64,000 bases of DNA from Oceanispirochaeta sp. (lineage in GTDB: Bacteria; Spirochaetota; Spirochaetia; DSM-2461), in assembly GCA_963663385.2 (NCBI GenBank), contig CAXXXD010000003.1, positions 352,001 to 416,000 of the forward strand, given 5' to 3'. Under the pieces are notes generated by a model that worked only from the letters and a program-made list of their open reading frames with translations, did not search any database and was not told the origin of the DNA. Of the stretch, positions 57,738 through 64,000 are shown in pieces. Each line of letters begins with the position of its first letter. Position 1 is the first letter of the stretch. The position numbers and the translations under genes are program-made.

Positions 57738-60046
57738 GCAGAAAAAGGGGGACTATGGTCGTTGTCTTTATGTTTATCATGCTTTCTTCCCTTTTAATCT
57801 CAAGCGGTACAAGGATGATCCTGGAGCTTAATAGTGCATTGGACGTCCTGTTCTCTTCAGCCGGAATCCCGCACTTTGTTCAGATGCATTCAGGGGATCT
57901 TGATATTCAGCAACTGAACGCCTGGGCCGACGAAAATGAACTTATAGCCGATAGGCAGATTGTGGAAATGGTTTCAATAGAAGGATCTTCTCTGTTTTTG
58001 AAGGAGGGAGGGGAGAGTGAAGAAAACAGTATTATGGATATCAGTTTTGTAAAGCAGAACAGCATCTTTGATTTTCTTCTGGATACCGAAAACCGTATTA
58101 TTGAATTATTACCGGGAGAGATAGGAGTCCCCGTTTATTATGCCCGGCAGAAGAGTGTTCAGCTCGGGGATTTGATCAGAGTGGGAACCGGGGATCGGGA
58201 GCAGACTTTTAAGGTCACAAAGATACTCAGGGATGCCCAGATGAATCCCGCGATCGTCCATTCTAAACGTTTTCTTCTCAATGATCGGGATTTTGAAAAT
58301 ATGAGAAATCTTTTTCCTGAAACTGAATACCTTATTGAGTTCAGGCTGACAGATGAAGAGAAGCTGGAGAGCTTTACAAATGAGTATCTCGCCATGGGGA
58401 TGCCCCAGAGGGGGCCGACTGTCGATTACCGGCTATTCAAGGTTCTCAACGGTCTCAGTGATGGGCTCGCCGGTCTGATTATTATTATCCTGAGTTTTTT
58501 GCTGATGATGATTGCCATACTCTGTTTGAGATTTACAGTTTTAACAGCTATAGAAGAGGACTTCAGAGAGATCGGTGTGATGAAAGCCGTTGGAATGCCC
58601 CAGAGGAAAATCAGACGGATTTACCTACTTAAATATATTGCTGTCGGTGGCTCTGCTGCAATCTGCGGTTATCTGATTTCGTTATTTGCGAATCGGTACC
58701 TGATGGCAAACAGCGAAGTCTATATGGGGAAAGCGCCTGTGGGACTGTTCTCTATAATCATTCCCTTTTCGGCTGTCATGTGTATTTTCCTTTTTCTTAT
58801 CCTTTCGGTGGTCCTTCTGCTGAGACGGTTTAAGAGCATAAGCGCTGTTCAGGCTCTACAGGCAGGCGACAAAACGGAGGCTCCCCGAAAAACCGGTAGT
58901 TTGGAGCTGAAAAGAAGCGGCAAAATGAATATTAATCTGTTTCTGGGTATACGCGATGCGGTTGAACGCTTCAAAAACTACGGTCTTTTAATATTTATCT
59001 TTGTTATATCCAGCTTCATCACTATCCTGCCTGTTAATTTCCTGTCCACTATTTCATCGACAGAGTTTATTTCCTATATGGGAATCGGACGGAGTGATAT
59101 CAGGATTGATCTGCATCAGACGGATAAGATTCAGGAACGTTTTGATTCAATGATAGATTATTTAAGAGATGAACCGGACATTGACCTAATATCGCCTCTT
59201 GTCACATCACAATTCACCATTATCAAAGAAAACGGCGAAACCGACCCCCTGACAGTTGAATCGGGAGACTTCTCCCTGTTTCCCCTGGATTATATGGAAG
59301 GGAGAGAGCCGCAGAACAATAGAGATATTGCCCTCTCATATTTGAATAGTCGGGACCTGGGCAAGAATGTGGGAGATCCCCTGATCCTGGAAATTAACGG
59401 TAAAAAGCAGGAGATGCTTGTTTGCGGAGTTTATCAGGATATAACGAACGGCGGACATACAGCCAAGGCTTCAATTCCCTACAATAGCGGGAAGGTCCTA
59501 TGGTATACCCTGAGCCTTAATATGAAGCCGGGAGTCTCCATTGCAGATACTGTGAGCGAGTACAGTAGCCTGTTTTCACCGGCAAGGGTTACTGATCTTG
59601 AGTCTTATCTCTCTCAAACTCTTGGAAATACAATTGCACAGGTACGGAAAATTGCAATTCTGGCCGTCATTATCGGGTTATCGGGAGCCATACTGATTAC
59701 CTCGCTCTTTCTCAATATGATGATAAGCCGTGATAAAGTTCGTATTGCCGTTATGAGAAGCCTTGGTTTTTCTTTGAGGCATCTTCGTCTGCAATACCTG
59801 ACTACTACAATAGTCCTTTTGGTTTTAGGAATTATCGGCGGAACCGTTATTACCAATACTGCGGGGCAGACTTTGATAAGCTTTCTCATTTCATTTATGG
59901 GAGCAGCCCGTATCCAATTGATTATAAACCCGCTGCTTTCCTCTTTTCTGTTGCCCGTCCTGTTAACAGGGACAGTTGCGGTAACCACTGTTATCAGCAT
60001 AACAGGAATAAGAGATTATACAATTGCTGCGGCAGTCACGGAATAA
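57704..60046 (+). CDS. Double-FtsX ABC exporter permease
   Basis: ATG 57704 after AGGAG; EEDFREIGVMKAVG and RIAVMRSLGF repeats. Confidence 0.9.
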   Translation: MLSFKIIRKELSRKRGTMVVVFMFIMLSSLLISSGTRMILELNSALDVLFSSAGIPHFVQMHSGDLDIQQLNAWADENELIADRQIVEMVSIEGSSLFLKEGGESEENSIMDISFVKQNSIFDFLLDTENRIIELLPGEIGVPVYYARQKSVQLGDLIRVGTGDREQTFKVTKILRDAQMNPAIVHSKRFLLNDRDFENMRNLFPETEYLIEFRLTDEEKLESFTNEYLAMGMPQRGPTVDYRLFKVLNGLSDGLAGLIIIILSFLLMMIAILCLRFTVLTAIEEDFREIGVMKAVGMPQRKIRRIYLLKYIAVGGSAAICGYLISLFANRYLMANSEVYMGKAPVGLFSIIIPFSAVMCIFLFLILSVVLLLRRFKSISAVQALQAGDKTEAPRKTGSLELKRSGKMNINLFLGIRDAVERFKNYGLLIFIFVISSFITILPVNFLSTISSTEFISYMGIGRSDIRIDLHQTDKIQERFDSMIDYLRDEPDIDLISPLVTSQFTIIKENGETDPLTVESGDFSLFPLDYMEGREPQNNRDIALSYLNSRDLGKNVGDPLILEINGKKQEMLVCGVYQDITNGGHTAKASIPYNSGKVLWYTLSLNMKPGVSIADTVSEYSSLFSPARVTDLESYLSQTLGNTIAQVRKIAILAVIIGLSGAILITSLFLNMMISRDKVRIAVMRSLGFSLRHLRLQYLTTTIVLLVLGIIGGTVITNTAGQTLISFLISFMGAARIQLIINPLLSSFLLPVLLTGTVAVTTVISITGIRDYTIAAAVTE

Positions 60047-60072
60047 TAAATCAGGAATAAAGGAATAAGTAA

Positions 60073-60891
60073 ATGAGTATACTACTGAAATCGGAAAAAT
60101 TGAATAAATATTACAATCTCGGTAAGAACAACAGATTGCATGTTCTTAAGGATGTGGATTTTGAGATTATGCGGGGAGAATTCGCAACAATCATGGGACC
60201 TTCCGGTTCCGGAAAGTCGACCCTGCTTTATAATATCTGCGGTATGGACCGCATGAGCTCCGGGCGGGTGAACTTCAATGGAAAAGAGCTGGCTGATCTG
60301 TCAGAAAAGTCTCTTGCTTCTTTGCGGCTGGAGGAAATGGGATTTATTTTTCAGCAGATACATCTTCTAAAAAACCTTTCTGTACAGGATAACATAATCT
60401 TATCCGGATACCTTAACGGGAAAAAAAGCCGAAGGGATATCAATGATAAGGCCCGGAAGCTGATGGAGATGACCGGAATAGAATCTCTGGCTCAAAACGA
60501 TATAACACAAGCATCCGGCGGGCAGCTTCAGCGGGTGGGAATCTGCCGAGCCCTGATAAATGATCCGGAAATAATCTTCGGTGATGAACCCACAGGGGCC
60601 CTCGATTCTCATTCTTCAGCTGAAATTATGGAACTGCTTAGAACTGTGAACAATTCGGGAACCACTGTTCTGCTTGTTACGCATGATCCGCAGGTTGCTT
60701 CGCTGAGTGACCGGGTGATCTATATGGTGGACGGTCAGATTGTCTCAGAAAAAAAGATCGGACGTTATACAGGGAATAAAAAGGATGTACTCGAAAGAGA
60801 ACAGATAATTTCGGAATGGCTTCATACTCCTGAATACAGGTTTAAAGAGACTGGTAAAAATACAGTTGGATCGGGGCATAATCTACACTGA
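60073..60891 (+). CDS. ABC ATP-binding protein (LolD/MacB-like)
   Basis: GPSGSGKST, ASGGQLQR, DEPTGALD, VTHD. Confidence 0.94.
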   Translation: MSILLKSEKLNKYYNLGKNNRLHVLKDVDFEIMRGEFATIMGPSGSGKSTLLYNICGMDRMSSGRVNFNGKELADLSEKSLASLRLEEMGFIFQQIHLLKNLSVQDNIILSGYLNGKKSRRDINDKARKLMEMTGIESLAQNDITQASGGQLQRVGICRALINDPEIIFGDEPTGALDSHSSAEIMELLRTVNNSGTTVLLVTHDPQVASLSDRVIYMVDGQIVSEKKIGRYTGNKKDVLEREQIISEWLHTPEYRFKETGKNTVGSGHNLH

Positions 60892-60908
60892 AGAATGGAG
60901 CGGAAAGT

Positions 60909-61100
60909 ATGCTTGAAAACATCTATATAATAGAGAAGTTAGCAATAATGCATGAAGTAGAAATCCGGGAGACAGTAAGAAGGGGTTCCCGGATAGATGA
61001 TACCTGTATCAGTACCAGGAAATTCGGTCTGATACAAAAAATAATCAGAATGGTAGAACCTTCAGCAATCCAGTTTAGGGCAAGAAGGTGGTTTCATTAA
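60909..61100 (+). CDS. Small hypothetical protein
   Basis: 63-aa ORF with GGAG upstream; fills the gap and overlaps the next start. Confidence 0.45.
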   Translation: MLENIYIIEKLAIMHEVEIRETVRRGSRIDDTCISTRKFGLIQKIIRMVEPSAIQFRARRWFH

Positions 61101-61888
61101 TATTAGTGCTCCTGATCTTATTACCTGTGACTCTGTTCTCAGGAATGTTCCATATGCATTTTCTAATAGAAAGGAAAAAGGCTCTGTTGCGATCTCTTTC
61201 TGTTGATCTTTCCGGTAAAATCTATAAAGAAAAGCAAATTATAGACCTTCCTGCTCCGGTGCGGCGGTATTTTCAAAATGTTTTAACTGACGGACAGCCT
61301 TACATCAGCACCATTTATCTTAAACATGACGGCCAGTTCAAGACGGCACCAGGTAAAAACTGGATAAATATTGAGGGAGAACAGCACTTTACTGTTGAGG
61401 AGCCCGGATTCCTGTGGAGTGGAATGACTGTTTTTTTATCAGTTCAGGATATGTATATCGCCGGAAAAGGGGAAACCCGGGGCTCCTTTTTAAATTTATT
61501 CAATCTATATCATGGAACAGGTCCTGGATATGATCAGGGGGAACTTCTCAGGTGGATTGGAGAAAGTGTCTGGTTTCCTACTAACCTTCTGCCCAGTCAA
61601 CGTTTGCAATGGGTTCCTATAAACGAGAATAAGGCGAAACTCTCTTTAGTATATAGAGGGAAAGCACTGTCTTGCGATGTCAGCTTCAATACAGGCGGTG
61701 AGATTACACAGCTGAAAACCAGGAGGTACATGAGAGTAGGGCGGTTGGAAACATGGGTAGGCCGTTTTAGTAATTACAAAGAGGTTGATGGTATGAAAAT
61801 CCCAATGAAAGTTGAGTCTGTCTGGAAATTGCCCGATGGTGAGCACAGCTATGCCCGTTTTATTATCCGGGAAATACATCATAATTGA
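61088..61888 (+). CDS. Membrane-anchored DUF6544-like protein
   Basis: N-terminal TM; DLPAPVRRYF, GELLRW.GE..WFPT.LLP, W.LPDGE..YARF. Confidence 0.75.
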   Translation: MVSLILVLLILLPVTLFSGMFHMHFLIERKKALLRSLSVDLSGKIYKEKQIIDLPAPVRRYFQNVLTDGQPYISTIYLKHDGQFKTAPGKNWINIEGEQHFTVEEPGFLWSGMTVFLSVQDMYIAGKGETRGSFLNLFNLYHGTGPGYDQGELLRWIGESVWFPTNLLPSQRLQWVPINENKAKLSLVYRGKALSCDVSFNTGGEITQLKTRRYMRVGRLETWVGRFSNYKEVDGMKIPMKVESVWKLPDGEHSYARFIIREIHHN

Positions 61889-62112
61889 AGGTTGAGACTC
61901 TGATAGCCGGCATCGGTTTTAGAATCTGATAATTGGATAACTACGCTGTCAAAATGGTGAAACCAAAGTAGATTCCATCAGAGCCGGCCGAAGTGGCTCT
62001 GGTCTCCCTGAGACGCATTTCTGGAGACGAGCCGGACACCTTTGTCTGGGTCCCCGGGGAATGGGCAGGATACGAATAATGAGATATCCCTTATGTCCTG
62101 GATACAGTATAT

Positions 62113-62781
62113 TTATTGATTACCTGAATCCTGAAAACGCCGGTTCGCCTCCTCCAGTTTCCTTTTCAGATCAAACTGCAGCCGGGGACGGGGCATATTG
62201 AATATTTCATAGTTAGTGTAATAGAAAAGGGCTATCATATAATAGGCCATCTCTTCATAGGGAATCCGGCAGTCGATGGAAAACCACCATCTGAGTATTC
62301 CCATAAACCTTCCGGCTATACTGGACGCTAACAGTTCAGAGGGGACCAGGGACTGCGGTTTAACTGCCCGACTGGAGAGCTCCTGTTTCATACCACATAG
62401 AATGGCGTCCTCTATATACTTCAGCAGTCTGTTTTGAAAAGAGGGGAGTCCTTTGTCCGAAAGCATTAATTTGAAGAAATCTTTTCTCTCTTCCAGAAAT
62501 GTCATAAATTGATAGTGTTTGCTTGAAGGTTCTCTGATCTCATTATTTACTATCTCTTCTTCGCTCATAGTGGGATCGCCCTGTATTTCATCAAAAAACT
62601 CATCCAGTCCACGCAGCAGCAGGTCATTAATATCTTCGTAGTGCCGGTAGAAGGTAGCTCTGTTGATCATAGCCCGCTCACAGAGTTCGCTGACTGATAG
62701 GCTTTCGATCCCTTTTTCCTGTATAATGTCCCAGAGCGCTTCCCGTAACATCTTTCTGGTCCGTTTTACCCGTAAATCCAT
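62113..62781 (-). CDS. TetR/AcrR-family regulator
   Basis: MDLRVKRTR...SVSELCERAMINRATFYRHYED; ATG 62781 after GAGGTG. Confidence 0.92.
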   Translation of the reverse strand: MDLRVKRTRKMLREALWDIIQEKGIESLSVSELCERAMINRATFYRHYEDINDLLLRGLDEFFDEIQGDPTMSEEEIVNNEIREPSSKHYQFMTFLEERKDFFKLMLSDKGLPSFQNRLLKYIEDAILCGMKQELSSRAVKPQSLVPSELLASSIAGRFMGILRWWFSIDCRIPYEEMAYYMIALFYYTNYEIFNMPRPRLQFDLKRKLEEANRRFQDSGNQ

Positions 62782-62868
62782 GCGACACCTCTTTTTCATC
62801 TGTGGCTTGTGCGACAAATCCACTGAATCTGTTGTTTGACAGCTATTCTATAAAACAATAAGTTGAAT

Positions 62869-62905
62869 ATACAACAGGGTGTTGCTTAATGCAGGTGTGT
62901 TGTAT
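62869..62905. promoter_or_regulatory. Candidate TetR operator(s) in the divergent promoter region
   Basis: CAACA-GGG-TGTTG (62872-62884) nested in ATACAACA...TGTTGTAT; TTGACA at 62836. Confidence 0.55.
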
Positions 62906-63151
62906 CTATCAGTTATTCAAAAGGATGAGGAACCCGTGAAGGAGAAAAGGAAAGGTATAATGAGCAGACTATGGGATTTATTAATTTTGATACTTTTTAC
63001 ACTGCTGTGTTTTATTAACCTCTTTCCCGAAAGAACAGATCGTCTTCTGGAACACTTTCATTCTGAAAATCAGATTATATCCTTGGAGAAGGACGGTTTC
63101 GCGGATACACGAATCAGTCCCCCTTGTATTCCGTTTGAGAGACCTGTTTTA

Positions 63152-63985
63152 TCAGTAGTTGGAAAAACTGCCGCTGCCGGTTATACGGATCTCCCTCAGA
63201 CGGCTGCCTTCCTGCAGGGACACATCCCCGCTGCCGGTTATGGTGATATCTGCTGTATCCGTAAGAAAATCCTCTCCGTCGAAGTCTCCCGATCCGGTAG
63301 TTTTAATTTCCGCCGTATTGCAGCGCCCCCTGAGTTCCACATCGCCGCTGCCGGACTGAACGGATCGGAGCTGCTGCGTCTGCAGACAGGCCGTAATACT
63401 CCCGGAACTGCTGGTTTTAAAATCCGCTTCGGTACAGATTATCTCTCCGGCCCGGATGTCTCCGGACGAGCTGACACGGATTTCTGCCGCTGTACAGTCT
63501 ATTTCGTTTATCAGGATGCTGCCGGAAGAACTGGTCCTCAACTCTACCGTATCGGCCAGTATACCCTTCAGCTCAACATCTGCGGAAGAACTGAGCGTAG
63601 CTCTGAATGTATCAGCCTCCCAGTTATCGTTGGAACGGAGCCGGCCGGAGCTGCTCATGCCTACTTCGTTTAAAAGGGGCATATAGATTATAAACCTGAT
63701 ATCATCAGAGTGGAAAAAACTGATTTTATGCCGGGATGCTTTGACAACCAGGATGCCCCGGTCATTGTAAATTTCTATATCCCCTTTGTAGCGTGAGGGG
63801 ATATCCGCTTCCACCCGGCAGGTATCGGCCCTTTCTATTATAACGTCCGCGGGAATTCTGAACTGAACCGCCCGGAAGGTGCCGTAATCTGTGCGCAGGG
63901 ATATATCTTCCTGCATGCCCCATGCCCAGAGATTCCCTGTAAATAATATGGATAGAAGCAGTCCTGATAAAGCTGTCTTTTTCAT
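63152..63985 (-). CDS. Exported GIN-domain (DUF2807) beta-solenoid protein
   Basis: Signal peptide; repeated SSSG/GSG turns about every 19-20 aa (SSSGRL, SSSADV, SSSGSI, SSSGDI, GSGDV). Confidence 0.85.
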   Translation of the reverse strand: MKKTALSGLLLSILFTGNLWAWGMQEDISLRTDYGTFRAVQFRIPADVIIERADTCRVEADIPSRYKGDIEIYNDRGILVVKASRHKISFFHSDDIRFIIYMPLLNEVGMSSSGRLRSNDNWEADTFRATLSSSADVELKGILADTVELRTSSSGSILINEIDCTAAEIRVSSSGDIRAGEIICTEADFKTSSSGSITACLQTQQLRSVQSGSGDVELRGRCNTAEIKTTGSGDFDGEDFLTDTADITITGSGDVSLQEGSRLREIRITGSGSFSNY

Positions 63986-64000
63986 CTCAAACCTCTGCTA

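Noticed and set aside
60511..60540. ABC signature ASGGQ instead of LSGGQ
   Set aside because: Conservative first-position variant with SGGQ intact; no evidence of inactivation
61889..62112. GC-rich intergenic region as a possible ncRNA or IS remnant
   Set aside because: No recognisable motif, terminal inverted repeats or transposase fragment
63160..63660. Recurring GCCGCTGCCGG / CCGGA motifs suggesting a DNA repeat array
   Set aside because: They are coding repeats (SSSG/GSG turns) of the GIN beta-solenoid, not CRISPR or a non-coding array
1..64000. tRNA, rRNA, CRISPR, transposase, phage or defence genes
   Set aside because: None recognised by eye; nearly all sequence is accounted for by CDS, though a covariance-model scan was not possible

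Overview
A gene-dense 64 kb stretch of bacterial chromosome. It is probably from a free-living Spirochaetaceae-like organism, inferred from the 'FAGGxQE'-type binding-protein N-termini and the MCP style, but this is not verified. I saw no rRNA, tRNA, CRISPR array, transposase or phage genes. In order, the window holds: a frameshifted methyl-accepting chemotaxis gene; a polyol (probably tetritol) ABC uptake and catabolic operon (EltD-like dehydrogenase, PfkB, DerI-type RpiB, DhaK, DhaL) with a YesMN-type two-component system; lacI-araD-araA without araB; a degenerate AGE-family protein, an aldo-keto reductase and mntP; a ROK-regulated sugar ABC operon that also encodes CutC and an M81/MlrC metallohydrolase; a PhoA-like/5'-nucleotidase lipoprotein, a DAG-kinase-like protein, ferritin, MerR, an RRM protein and GntR-glycerate kinase; a HAD / J-domain / apparently circularly permuted GH114-like trio; an AraC-regulated sugar ABC cluster with a CE7 esterase; a YtrA-regulated envelope operon (stomatin, LolD-like ATPase, three LolC/E-like permeases, LolA-like protein, putative beta-barrel); a membrane-anchored LuxR with beta-barrel/MFS/ABC export genes; TetR; and a GIN-domain protein. 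The best candidates for undescribed biology are the YtrA-stomatin-Lol-like export system, the CutC+MlrC catabolic operon, the permuted GH114-like protein and the AGE pseudoenzyme. All family assignments come from motif recognition, not database searches.
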